Position numbers and translations under genes: made by a program. From assembly GCA_000320545.1 (NCBI GenBank), contig ADNK01002607.1:62001-126000 (forward strand): a DNA stretch of 64,000 nucleotides. Direction: 5' to 3'. Source of the DNA: Bigelowiella natans CCMP2755 (lineage: Eukaryota; Protista; Cercozoa). Below are positions 30,473 through 44,263 of the stretch, piece by piece. The notes under the pieces are model-generated. The model made no database searches. It was given only the letters and a program-made list of their open reading frames with translations, and was not told the origin of the DNA. Numbering within the stretch: position 1 is the stretch's first letter; each line of letters begins with the position of its first letter.

Positions 30473-31001
30473 CTTGGGCCTTCTAGCACACTGACACTAC
30501 TCTCCGGTGCGGCTAAGTTAAGTGCACGATGCGCCATCTTCCGTGCGGTGGGGTAATCGCCCAGCAGGAGGTAATAGCGTGCAAGGTGCTGGTAGCAACC
30601 CGATTGCTGCTGTGACGCATTTACTTTGAGTCGGTGGAATCTAGAAGGAGGGAGGGGGGGGGGGAGGGTAGTAGTAATAACGAGTAGGGTGCAGTAATAG
30701 AAGAGAATGAGACGACTATGAGAAGGCAGTAAGAAGGCAAGAGAAGATGATGCGACAGCACGATAATAATAATTGGGCTCAGGAGCCGTAAAAGAGGGAT
30801 GACGAGTGAAGGAACAAAAAGGTGGAGGGAGGGGGGGGAGGTGAGAAGCCGAAGAGACGTGCATCATCGACATAATTAGTGACAAGAACGACAGGATTCA
30901 AACGAAATTGCACTCCAAGCAACACAAACACACATAATGCATGCATAGAGATATATCCATATATCTTTGCAAGGGCAAATACGCCATATCTCGCAACTAT
31001 T

Positions 31002-31037
<36 letters not shown>

Positions 31038-31868
31038 CGTGCTCAGTGCCAAATGCAATGAACTGTGAGCCGTTTGAGCTGTTTTCTTCCAGCTTTCGGC
31101 TGAGAGCAGCTTTCGTTCCTGCACCTTCTTCTGCGCTTCTGCGAGGCATAGGACGCCTATCTGCTTGTACGCCTCTCCAAGCATGCTCTGCAGTCGCGGA
31201 AGGAACAACTTCCACACGTCAGAACCCGAAGTAGAAACAGCAGCAGCATCGTTTTGAGTAGGGGATGCACGAGCGACGGGCTGGTGTGGAGGTGGTGGAC
31301 ACTGTGCTGACGATGTGTGACGAAATGATGCCGCATGTTTCCCTGTTAACGACTGCCTCTTCCCTTCCTTCTTCTCCTCTTGTATATCGTGCAGCTTTTT
31401 CTCCTTCTGCTCCTTCTGTTGACTCTCCAAGCGATTGACCTCTCTTTTCCCCTGCCGTATGAGTTCCTCCAGCATGTCGCGTGCATTTTTATAGTGCTTC
31501 TGCGCAGCCTCATAGTCCAGGCTTTTCGTGCAGCTGTACCCCATCTTCATCAGAATCTGGGCCTTGGAGCAAGAAATGGCCTGTTGTGACATCATCCCGT
31601 GGTAGTAATGGCTGCTGCTGCTGCTGCTGTTATTAGTATTCGTTTGTTTCTTCTTCTCCTTTAGCATCGCTAGTGTCTCTGCGTACCATTGATTTGCCTT
31701 CGTCGCACCTGTCCAAGGCATGAATTTTGACGACAAGTAGTGGGGTTTGGTCAATAATGTTGCGAGTAGTCGGAGTTATAATCAAGAATGATGAGCAGCA
31801 TTTGATGATGATGATATTGATTACTTTCTTCCAGCAACATGGTCATTTCGATACCATGATCAATTGGA

Positions 31869-31914
<46 letters not shown>

Positions 31915-32228
31915 TAATATATATTCAAGATGTTCAAGACAATTAAGAGGCAGAGGCGGCACAAGCAGCACCTATACTTGCGCTATGAGCCATCATGACA
32001 CTGCTACTGCTGCTACTGTGTCCAGCAGCGGTTTTGGATATTTGGGTGAGGCACAAGTCGGCCAGGATCATCTTGATCATGGCTGTCCAACAAGAAAAAT
32101 ACCAAGTGATAAAGAAAATGTTAAAAGAGAAAACAGATCACGAATGTGATGATGGCAAAGAACAAATGGCTCAGCATATCGGATAAATAGTACAGAGAAG
32201 TGCATGCAAAAGCAAGGAACAAAAGGTA

Positions 32229-32261
<33 letters not shown>

Positions 32262-33444
32262 CACTCATCCTGCATGAGTGCTCCTCCTCCTCCTCCTCCT
32301 ACTACTATTACTACTACTACTACTACTACTACTACTACCCAATTCTCTTAATCCCATGGCCTGGCAGAGAGGCACACTGCGCAGCCACAAACACACTTGA
32401 CCGGGATCGTTCGCGTTGAGCAACACGTACTGTCATATCATGAAAATGATCATTAGTGAGGGAGGGGAGGAGGAGGCGACAGATGATGACTAGTATCCGT
32501 ATTGACAACCAAAACGACGACAATAATTCTTGTTCATCGGCAGGAGAAGAGTCTCCAACGCCTTTCAGTCAACGATAAGATGTCAAACAGTAGAGATCGT
32601 CGTATATATGAAAACACAGCAGCACCGTATATGCCTTAGATTCTCATGCATTGATCATCTGCCAGCGGTGGCCATTGTTACCTGCACGAAAAGCTGGCCG
32701 AAGGATTCAATGGCATTGCGGCGTACGTTGTCATCATCCCCCTTAGCCCGCAGGATAAATCCCACGTTTCTCTTGAAGATGTTCTGATATTGGTTATGAT
32801 GATAATTATGATAGATGATAGGTGAAAGGTGTGCACACTGTGGTTCTACTACTACTGCATCTACTGCTACTACTACTACTACTACTACTACCTCATGAAT
32901 GGTGTTGGCTATGTACTTCACGAAGTGGTCGTGGCGACGTGCGACATGGTACCGACAGGCCTCTCGTTGCGCATACCAACGGCGAAATTGAAGCTGCTGA
33001 TGCTGATGTCGATGCCGAAGTGCCTCCTTATCATCATCGCCAGGAGATCTTTCTTCACCACTCAATCGCCCTTCCTCCTCCTCCTCCTCCTCCTCTTGAC
33101 CGGTTTTATCACCAAAATGGAAGCAAGCGAGATGCTGCGAACCAATAGGCTTCAGAACCCGTACCAAGGAGACGCCTACCCTCTCGAGATATCGGAGGAT
33201 CAGAAGCCAGACTCCAGCCTAGACGGGATGTTGGTGTGTGTGTGTGTGTGTGTAGGGGGCGGGGGGGGTGGGGTTGCAGTTAGTTGTATCGATTGATTGT
33301 GTACATAATTGGGTAAAGAGCGAGAGGGAGAAAGAAAAGGGGGGGGGGGGGGGGGGGGAGGCGAGTGACAATCATCATACGTCTGTTAGCTTGTTCTCGT
33401 GCAAATAGCCTTGAATATAGGCTGCGAGAGACTCCCTATGCATC

Positions 33445-33477
<33 letters not shown>

Positions 33478-34705
33478 CAGCACGGAGACAATAAAGGAGT
33501 AAAAGTCTTTCTTAGAGAGATTTTATGGATGCAGAGAGATAACAACATCACATACCGTATGGCGAAATGATGAACGTCAGCCATCGGAGTGTTTTCAAAC
33601 GGCCTTCGCACAGAGATAATCCCTGATAGAGAGGTATAATCAGGAAGGATAAGAAGCAAGAAGAAACAATAGAAGCAGCAGCAGCAGTTGGTAGAAGCAC
33701 AGAGTCGATTCACGCTCCTTCTGTGCGTCTGACGGCGCAAGTTTGATAACGATCTCCAATAGCCAAAAAGAAGAAAAAGGCGTTCGGTCTGTTTGTATGT
33801 CTATTCGTGCTTTGGATTCGTAGTAGCAGCGGTGCGTACTTGCGTGCGGATCATCCTCCCATTCTGAGGTAGCGCCTTCGAGCCCTTTCACTAACTCACG
33901 CCAAGGCGGCCTCTCCACTGACTTTGTGTCCTCTCCAGCCAATTGAAGCTCATACTAGTTATTAAGAGAGGGGGCGAGAAGGGACGATTCAAGTTTCAGA
34001 ATACGCTAAAGCTATCAAATACCTTGAGCGTCACAGTGAAATTTAATGTTTTCCCGTGATGTTTGTGGAGCAGTATCTTGGAGGGTTACTGAACGTAATC
34101 GGTACTGCTACTACCACTGCTACTACCACTACTACTACTACTACTACAACTACTACTACTACCTGAGGCCACAAAAAGTCCAAATCCAGCGAAAGCAGCC
34201 CCCCCTTTTCAAAGTGTGAGAGCATTGCTAATATCTTGAAGTGCCATGGATTGCTCGATATCAGCAGATCAACGATTGTTGCCTTTGAAGTTGGAGATAG
34301 GGTGATGATTCGGCGATTTAAGGAGTTTACATATAAGGGCTAAGATTCATTTAACATGCGGAGAAGAGCCAAAACAATGACATTATCTCTGACGTACATT
34401 GCAAGCATACAGACTATGAAAGCTACATAACTCAAAGACATTGCAATGCGTGAACGTAAAAGAAGTACAAGTTTACAGCGACAAATGTGCACGAGAGATC
34501 CTGTGAGTATGTGGTGTGCATGTGCGTCAACATTAATTTCCAGTTTAATGTTAAAATGATCGATGTTGTAGGTAAACACACCTCTGCGCTACGTTGTCCG
34601 AGCGAAAACCCTGTTTAGTAAGAGAAAGTGAGGAGAAAGAAAAGAGTATTATCGACGATGATGATATTTTGAGAGAAGCATGAACAAAAGGCCAGCCACT
34701 ACTAT

Positions 34706-34740
<35 letters not shown>

Positions 34741-34821
34741 AGGTATGTATGTGCACAACAGAGAACATGGAAGCGGTAATGTCAAGATTCGAGCAACAAA
34801 CGTTCCTTTCTCTCTCTCATC

Positions 34822-34852
<31 letters not shown>

Positions 34853-36769
34853 CACACCACCATCTTCCGTTTGTTGACTGAGATTTGCACCAAAGTTCCT
34901 CCGATCTATATCGGCCACGTGGGGTGCATCTGCGTGCGACGACGATAACGAGGATGAGGCTGAAAGGGGGGGGGATTCACTTGGCTGCTGAAGTTTGTCT
35001 TTTCCATCCCCGTCTCTGCTACTCCTCTCAATACCACCTACTTCTAAGCAGTGGGTGGGTGTCGTGCGAAGTAGATATAAAACAGCAAAGGAACCAGGAG
35101 AATGAGAGAGGAGGAGCGATCTTCATCAGATCAGAGATATTTAGATTTGAAATGTAACATGAAGAGAAGACAGATATATTTGTACATGCATGTGTGTATG
35201 TGTGTGTTTGAATGTGAGAGAGATGGTATTAGAATGGACAACCAGCTATTAAAATGATGCCTAAGAAGATCTTTCCCTTATAACATTGTACTACTACTAC
35301 CGTTGTTCTTTCTGTCGTCTCCTCCCCTCTTCCTGGGTAGCAGCTTCAGTGCGGCTTTGACCGCTGATATCGTTGCATTCTCGTCGCAATCGACATCGTC
35401 GGGCGTTTTCCCAAGCTCGATCCGTAACATGTGCTGTTATTTAATAATAATAATAATAATAATAGCAATAATAATATATCATTATCGTTAAAAGCAGCAC
35501 ATCTCTCCCACGTTGGTTGATGCAGAAGAGTGGGCTGAAATCATCAACGATGCGGTACGACAGCGTTCCATATTGTATGTGTGTCGTGCATTCTGTCCTA
35601 CTACTACAATCCCCAGTTGTTTGATATATTTATATAAAATATATTTATATCAGGCACACCATGATCTTGTAGAGTCGTGTGGGCAAACCATCGAGGTATC
35701 TTAGTATTGCCTTGTCCCTCAGTGCCTTCGATGACGATAATGGCACAAAGCAGCATCATAAAACAACATAAAAGTTTTCATTATAAACAATGGAGGAAGC
35801 AGCTTTCTTTGTGGAAGAAGGGCGTGTGAAATGGCCCTCGATAGCATTTTTGCAAAGACTACTACTACTACTACTTCTACTACTACTACTAATTCCTGAC
35901 CATATTCATGCATTTTTTCTCCATATAATTGGTGCTGCTCGTCGGTATCATCTCAGCTAATTCTTGCATGCTGGAAGGATTCAAAGTCCCCAAGGTCATG
36001 ATGGTCGTCACTCCTACCCACACACAGGCATATATCACACATAATATTATGGGCCTTGTAATGAGAAGTACACACGATTACTGATGAATCTAGTCGCGAT
36101 TAAATAGCAGTACATCTACACAATTATGGGGAAGGGAGATAGACCATGTTTCCTTAGCAAGGAGCGGCACGACTTGTGAGCGGTTATGATAAAGCACACT
36201 TTCCGGTTCTACCGATTTAGAAGGAGAAATACAACACAGCGGAGACACACACGAATATGGCGTTGTTGTTAAGATTGAAGACACCAATTTGTGTTGTTGA
36301 TGTTGTATACGAGATATGTATGTGCTTGCATGATCGCACATGATAATCTGGACAGTAATGCTAGGTAAGAGCAAGAAGTAGCTGCGCTACCACCACCAAA
36401 ACTATCATCATTGGGTATCAACATCAGCAGCAGCAGTAGTGGCTGAAGTTTGTGTATTTTAAGCCTTCACCACCACCAAACTACTGCTACTACTGCGGCA
36501 ATTACTTATACAAGAGATTCAAATAAATAAAAGTGAAACTACTACGAACACTACTGCTACTACTATTACTACTACTACTACCGGATATACTCACCGGATA
36601 TACTCAGTGTTTAACAAGGGTGTTGCGAAGTATATTGTTTTCGTCTTAAATCATGATCCTCTCACTCGTAATAGTAATAGTAGTAGTAGAAGTAGCGACC
36701 TCGAAGCCGTCATGAGCATGAGAGAGATTCTTGAGAACCTCCAGCAGCAAGGAGGTCATCTGGAATTGG

Positions 36770-36808
<39 letters not shown>

Positions 36809-37196
36809 GAAGGCAAACACAGGGTTAAGATGGAAGAGAGAGGAAGTAGAAGAAGCACACAATCGACGATTACGACGATGGTGATGATGATGAGATGTGA
36901 GAGACACAAAAACAATAAATACAGCAATGATGAGGAGCAAGGTATCTCTTCGCTCTTAGACGAATAATCATAGTTGTTTTCCAGATAAGGAAATCGAAAG
37001 GGATCATGGAGAATCAACGGTATAAAGACATCATGTGCAAATAGACACGCAGAGAGTTCTCTTCAAATTGTCAGGAAAACAACATTACATGGGCGTGATC
37101 ATTCCTTCGAGCATCAACATCAGCCCCTTCCCCTCCTTGACCCCCTCCATCGATGTTCGTTAGAACAGCTATGTACGAGACAGATCTGATAAAATT

Positions 37197-37245
<49 letters not shown>

Positions 37246-37447
37246 CGTAAACGTGTGTGTGTGTGTGTTTGTGTATAATATTTCTCCAAAAAATACTTTG
37301 AGATTTCGTGCATGAGATCCATATCTTCAGTTGCTTGAAAGCCCAACGACTTGACGATTTCTCTGAGGAGAAGACTCCTTATCCGTTCTTGGAACGCAGG
37401 CTCAATACCATCATCGTAGCGGTCGTCGTCGCTGCTGCTGCTGCTGC

Positions 37448-37478
<31 letters not shown>

Positions 37479-39301
37479 AATAGCCCTCGGCGTAGCTTCG
37501 TTTGAAGATGATGATAGGGATAAGGAGGAGGAGGAACCATGCGCCGCCGTGGTAGCAATAGTAGCAGCGGATATCATCCTTGTGGCAGCAGTAGTCGTTG
37601 TAGCAGCAGTAGCAGAAGTAGAAGTAGAAGTAGTAGTAGTTGATGACGTTGCGGTGGAAAGAACGCTCTCGAAGAGACCTGATATGTCAATTTCTAGCGT
37701 GTGCTGTATGCTGTTATCCCTCTCATATAGGTATTGAGATGCCTGACGAGCAAATATCGACCGTCCCACACCTGCCAACCAAAGGAACAAAGAGAGGAGA
37801 GGGGGGGAGGTAGGATAAGAGGCAGCTGATACAGCGAGGCAAATGTTGAAACCCGAAAGCTACTTTAACAATAGCAATATCATCATCATCACCACCATTA
37901 GCAGCAGCAGCAGCAGCAGCATCAGCACATAATAACCTTTCCTTCCTAACACCGCACAGGCTTTGATATTGGTGTTCATAATAGTTCCCCCCCCTTGCTC
38001 CCCCCCCCTCCTCCTCCTCCCCTTCATCATCGTGGGAGAATCATCGTCCAGGTATCTGGCTGCAGCTGCAGCAGCTACTATAGCACCCTCCTCCTCCTCA
38101 TCATGCTGCTGCTGAAGAACACGAGCAACACTTCCGACAAATTTGAAGAGCTCTACCAGCTAGAGCGTACCATGAATACTCTTCGATTCTCGGTCAAACG
38201 CGATGTGATGTTGTTGTTATTGTTGTTGTGTTATTCTTGTTGCTGGTGCTGCTTTTTGGGTGTCGTCGCCAGTGCCGACGAATATCTGTTTCTCGATCTG
38301 GCCAGGGAGGAGCTCCCTCCTAAGACAACAATGTAGTCAAATGGTGGCCAGTAGTTGTTATTATGGAGAGTAGTTGATAGTGATAATAATGATGAGTAGA
38401 AGAAGGAGGGGGAGGAGGAGAGGGAGGGTAATGAGCGCTGCCGATGTGGTTAACAACCCGGTCAGCAGCGTGAACTTGGAGCTCTCGTTGTGGGAGAGGT
38501 GCGGGGCGCAGCAGCACACCCTCATCTTGGATACCACGAATGAACGTGAGGACGCCGCCCTGCGGTGGTCATCGAGAAAGTTGTCTGCCGTGTCACGGTG
38601 TGCGAATTCAACCAAGATGTACGGCTCGAGAGCGCGGTCGCCTTCGACATAGCGCGGGTCCGCTGGCACGTAACGCACGGTTATTTCTGGGCCTGATGAC
38701 GACGAAAGGTATATTATTAATTCCAGCGAGGGCGGCGGGAGGGGGGAGGGGGAGGAGGGATTCGAGAGCGCCCTTTGAGCATTTACGCTGTTGTTGCAGC
38801 ACATAGAAATGTACGCATCACTGTATGGGTGCACAATAAAGCTCGCACTCTCTCTCCATTGGAGCGTCAAAGCAATACAGAACAAATGCGTGGTTCATTC
38901 TCGCTAGCTAGCAGGAAGCAACAACAACAACAACAACAACAACAACAACTTCTAGAGCTATTACCTCTTCCGAGGCCAAGCTTCTCCCTTACCCACTTCT
39001 CAGGATGTTCCTGAATAATGTTTCCTCTCCCTTTCTCCTCACCATCGCTACTATCTCGGAGCACATCCTTGCCAGATATCACCAGCGTTCTACCATCATA
39101 TACCCCAGGCTCCAAACCTATGATGATGATGATGATGATGATGATGTTGTTGTTGTTGTCGTGTTAGTAGTAGTTTTAGTAGTAGTGGTAGTAATAGTGG
39201 TAGTAATGTGTTTTGGTGGTTGTTGTCGCAACAATGGAGAGATGTGACTATCCAATATGTGATTTGCGTATTAAATGCACAAATACCAACAGCATCTTCA
39301 C

Positions 39302-39341
<40 letters not shown>

Positions 39342-40186
39342 AAATGTATATGGCTCCTTATTGCAACTCGTCTCTTCTTCTTCATCATCTTCTTCTTCTT
39401 CTCCTTCTCTTTCTCTTCTTCATGTTCGTCGTCCTCAAGTTGTAAGGTCATTGTCACATCACCCATTTCTTTGGCCCTCCACCGAGCCTGGAATGAACAG
39501 CCAGATCAAAAGGCCGGTTATCCACATAATAACGATGAGTGGGGATGATGCAGAGTGATATTTTCTTGTATATTATTATTACCCAAGAGCAATTCTCTAC
39601 GTGCAAAGCAGCGTCACCAGAACCTTCGGTTGCGCGAGCGCAAAAGCAGCTCGCATCGTGCGGCACGCAGTAAGCGCAATGAATCTCTGCATCTGTCATG
39701 TACCTCCCCTTGGTGATTGATGCGGTCGGTGTTCACGAGTCATCAGAGGAGAGGGGAGAGGGGAGGCGGGGGTGGAGGAGTAAACAATGCAGATTTCATT
39801 TCATTACCAAAAGGATGAAAACGAAGAAAAATATCATATGTATTGACGACCAACACGACGCAAATATTCAAGATTATCCTGGAAAAATCATATTCATTTT
39901 CTCTCCCATCGGCCGTTTCCTAGTCCTCCCTCTCCCCTCACCAACAAAGAGCAGTCTCTCACTACGTTCGCAGATCGATGTGATCTAATCACACGCACAC
40001 CTTATCTTTCTTAATCAGGAGAAATGGGCAATTGTATCTATGCTGGTGCGAGCAGCAACATGTATGCAATCCGGAGGACTTCCTATAGCAACATAGTAAT
40101 ATCGATGATGCTGATGATTACGGCGATAGCGGTGAATGAATCCAGCGAGTATGGCACATGTGTTTCGGGATGATGACTTCAAACAA

Positions 40187-40222
<36 letters not shown>

Positions 40223-40314
40223 CGAAAAGGTCCTTTCTGTCATGTATCTCGTGGGGAAAAAAAGGAGAATATAATAGAGAAAACAGGTGAGGAGCACCGC
40301 GGCGGCAAAATAGC

Positions 40315-40350
<36 letters not shown>

Positions 40351-40626
40351 TCTACTATGTTCTCATCATCAGGGTAGTAGCTAAGACCTATTGTTCGTCA
40401 ATCCTCCTGATATTGCTCGGTCACGCAGCGCCGTCTGGGCGTGTGCAAAGGCCTCGGGCACAGAAGCGTTGTTGAGGAGAGATTGGTAAAGTGTTTTGGA
40501 AAAGGCTTTGCACGCGTCGTCAAGGACCTTGCTGCCGCTCTGTCAAGAAGGGGAGGGAGGAGGGAGGGGATGGGCATTCAATTCGTTATTGCGTTGTCTT
40601 CTTTACATGAGACAAACAGCACACAC

Positions 40627-40662
<36 letters not shown>

Positions 40663-40899
40663 AATATGATATACATAGATGTGTGTGTGAGCCAAAGATA
40701 ATCCATAACATCAAAACTTATTCCCTTCCCCCTCGTGCCCCTCCCCTCCTCCCTCTAGTTAGACTTACATGCACGGCTATGACGTAGGGTACGCCCGCAT
40801 CACGAAACACTCGACCAGCCTCGAAGGAATTACACGCGGAGACCACCACCAAATCTGGCTTCTGTTCACGACTCTTCTCCTTCTTATCTTGCATTGACA

Positions 40900-40943
<44 letters not shown>

Positions 40944-42407
40944 AGAGAGAGAAGAAAGAGAGAAGAGAGGAGGGGGGGTGAAAAAAAGGTGGAAACAAGT
41001 AACATCATCGTAACATGTGCATCGCATCGTCGTTCAGGACATCTTTATCACCATCATCATCATCATCATCATCTTCATCATCATCATAGGGATAGGGCAA
41101 CATCTCCTCGCCTCCTCTTCCTCCTACAATGTTGTTATTGTTGTTGTTGTTGTTGTTGTTGTTCTTACGATAGATCTGAGTCTGTTCACGTCGAAGAAGT
41201 CCACGCAACCGTGGTTCTTCTCAAATGCAAGGCAAAACTCCTGTCCAGTGCTCTTCTGATGACCCGTTTTCAGTCTATACCTTTATTATCATTTTCATAA
41301 ATGGTGTCATCATCATCATCATCATCATCATCATTGGAAGGAGGACATTCAAGTAAAACGGTTGAGAGTAGTTTCAAATTCCCCTCCGTGACAGCAGATG
41401 TGGAGAACGCGTGGCTTATGCTTGCCCAGCGTGCGCTCCAAGCTTTTAAAGGGGGAAGTGGTGGAAAGGGGGGGGGGGGGGATGGGAACATGTTAGTCTT
41501 GAAGAATAAAGGGAATCAAAAGCGCCAGTTGATATAAAGATGAACGAAATCGCAATTAGGACAAGGAAAGTGACGGTAGTGATTAATGTTGATGATGATG
41601 AAAATGCTGTTTTTTATTGTGATGTGTGCATATGTCGATTTTGCTATGGTGATAAAAATACCCACCAAGGTTGAAACTCCTAAAAAACGATGATAGCAAT
41701 GATGGGGATGAAAACGCGGGGGGGGGGGGGGGGGGTTATGATTCATCATCAAATCACCCTTCTGAAGTAGCAACGTCGACTCGTAAGGACACAGGATTCT
41801 AACGCAGAGACAGCACGAAAGAAGAGTATGATGTTCATACGAATTGATACAAGAAAACGTGCATGAGTGCTCTCATTTGCTACGGTGAGCGCTTGAGGCC
41901 TTCCTCATCAAACTATGATCTGAACTTACGTCGTTCTTATTATTCATTTAGTAATGAGATCACCACTACTCTTCCTAAATTGAAATGTCGCTGATGCTGC
42001 TATGGTTACTACTTCTGTTACTACCTCATTCTTGCACTCATTATTTCTGTCTTTGATTGCACGAATGAGATTCTTGGCTTCTGGAATATGACTTAAGAAT
42101 GTCTGATACGGATCAAAGCCGCCCTTTGCCTCGCTGTTCTCGCAGACGATCTGTCAGATTTTATTGTTTCGATGAGGTTTTTGCTGTTCATTATCATCAT
42201 CATTATTATTATCATTAGTCTCTCTCTATTGGCAACCGGGTTACTATAGAGGTAGGCTATTCCTAGCCGTGACGTGAGTCCCCCTCTCTGGAATTGGGAA
42301 ATCGATGAAGATGAAGAGAGTCTTGGTGCTAGAGCTAATGGATCCTGATCCCGGCTACTATCGTCATCATAACTGCCTTTTACGGTGGTATGCAGCTCGT
42401 GTTCCAA
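20138..42407 (-). CDS. Very large multi-exon locus: CHAT (caspase/HetF-like) domain, Cys/His-rich region, STAND/NB-ARC-like NTPase, TPRs, second CHAT-like domain, second STAND-like NTPase (one gene or two tandem paralogues)
   Basis: Hand-translated exons. CHAT1: [10 protein letters not shown] (~42250), [11 protein letters not shown] (~41400), [25 protein letters not shown] (~40800), [27 protein letters not shown] (~40450). Cys/His region: [27 protein letters not shown]-loop: AVLGRK|[18 protein letters not shown]. TPRs at 30480-31750. CHAT2: [22 protein letters not shown]2: FIGRRKE (~26360), LKGSAHG|[18 protein letters not shown] (~25500), [13 protein letters not shown] (~24370). Gene ends are approximate. 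Confidence 0.7.
25907..26062. repeat. Intronic (TA)n microsatellite cluster, one example of the many (TA)n, (TAG)n, (GA)n, (CA)n and (GAT)n tracts in introns across 5-60 kb
   Basis: Three perfect (TA)n runs directly visible. Confidence 0.95.
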
Positions 42408-42498
42408 GTCCTAAGAGGAAATGGTGGAGGATAGGGTGTACAAAATACTGCGTATTGAGAGAAAGCGGTAAAAGGTTTTATTATGATCGAGAATAATA

Positions 42499-44224
42499 TT
42501 ATTGACCTGTATCTCCTTGTCGTCCAATAGGCTTGGGTTTTCCTTCAAAAGCTTCACCAATGCTTTCAACTTGTGTGCACAATTGAGGGGTTAGGAAGCA
42601 GAGAGAACGGCAAACACAATAAGCGACCCAACTATGGTAAGACGAGGAGAACAAATGGGCATGCAACAGGTAGAGAAGGCGAGGGATAATTTGAACAGAA
42701 AGGACAGGGTCATCAAAAAACTTCTCAAAGTAATAGGTCCTCTTCAACCCCGCCTCTCGCTACTGCTAAAACCTGTCTGGTTGCCGTTTGTTTGGGTGTT
42801 TCTGCAAAAGCTCTGTGGATTGATGACGCGCTGTTGCTGATGGTGTCGGGAGCTCTTTCCACGCCGTCTGATCTACTGCTTTGAATCCTGGGGATTGCAT
42901 GGGCTGAGGTGAGCGCAAACAAGGACTGCACAGACGCTGCTGAAGATACGTCCGAATGATTCTGCAAGAGAACTACACCAAGCAGTAATGATGTATAGCG
43001 ACACAAGTCAGAAGGATGTTGGGATAACGAGGAACGTGCGGATTAATCGCATCAAGGTACGGAGAGATGAACTTACTGGGTCGTTCGACGCCTTCATTCT
43101 GGTGCATATTTTCTTCCGTATCAACGATTTCCTTACTTTCCTTATCCCTCGCCCGGACCTTTTTATGCCAGCCCGAGATGTCTGCAATTTTATCTTCTCC
43201 CGCGTTCAGCCATGTGCTTGTTCCTTCCTCGTTTCCCAATTATCGGGGGAGAACTTCTTTCATCATCTGGTGTAAGAAAGTCCTTAAAAGTTTGCAAGTC
43301 AATGGCACAAACTTTTACTCCTTCACCCCGCTCAAGGTGCTTCGGGGACCGCTTGCGAGTATGGTTTTGTTCGGCTCTGTGATTTTCTGGTGAGCAGGAG
43401 CATTTTGGGGACAAATAATGAACCGAAAATCACGTATATTATATATAAGAATCTTGGTTCTTAACTTACCGAATAGTCAAACACACGAACAATTTTATCA
43501 TATTCCTTTCTGGTAATTTCTCGCTTAATAAATAGTCTATATTCAGGCTGCTGAGACCAAGCTTCAATAGCCTCAAAACCCATCTCTCCTTCTGAAGTCA
43601 CGCTCGGCAAGATGAGCTCACCCGCTCCCCCTCCGAGTCCTGTTTCCACCAATGTCCGCCGACATGATAGAACATTAACACGGGATATGGCCGATGATCT
43701 ATGGAAGGCTTACAATGAGGAGGAAAAACGTCGAGATTCAAGAAGGAAACAGCGGGGTTTGGGCTAATGGATGTCAACATTCTCCTTATATCTGAGAAGT
43801 ACTCTTCATTCTTCTGCTGTTTTAGGAGCTGATCTGCATAAAAGAAAAGAGGAAAAAAAAAACGAATGTGAGAAGGACGAACCGCACGATAGCGCCGCTA
43901 CTGTAAAAGGGGATGGTGTTCTGGAGAATGAGCGAGAGGAGAGGATAAGAAATGGACTCAAGAATGATGCTTCCTCTAATATTTCGAGTCTTATAAAGGG
44001 GAATATTGTGTCTCCATTATCGAGATCGCAAAACAGCTTGTCCTGGGTTTTAGGCTTTCATGTTATATTTGCTTTAGTAGCACTGATGGTGTTGCTCCTG
44101 CCCTTCCCAGTCGCTCTTTCGCCTGGATTTCGTGAATCTGCTTGTGTTTTGGTATGAGAGGAACCTTTGACAATATGAATACATGTACACACATATACAC
44201 AAAAATATGTAAGGATGTGTACAT

Positions 44225-44263
<39 letters not shown>

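Noticed and set aside
38160-38279. Apparent in-frame TAA/TAG in a CHAT/STAND exon, suggesting stop-to-Gln recoding or a pseudogene
   Set aside because: Both stops fall within a plausible phase-0 GT-AG intron containing an (AAC)n microsatellite. Other genes here use TAA/TAG as true stops.
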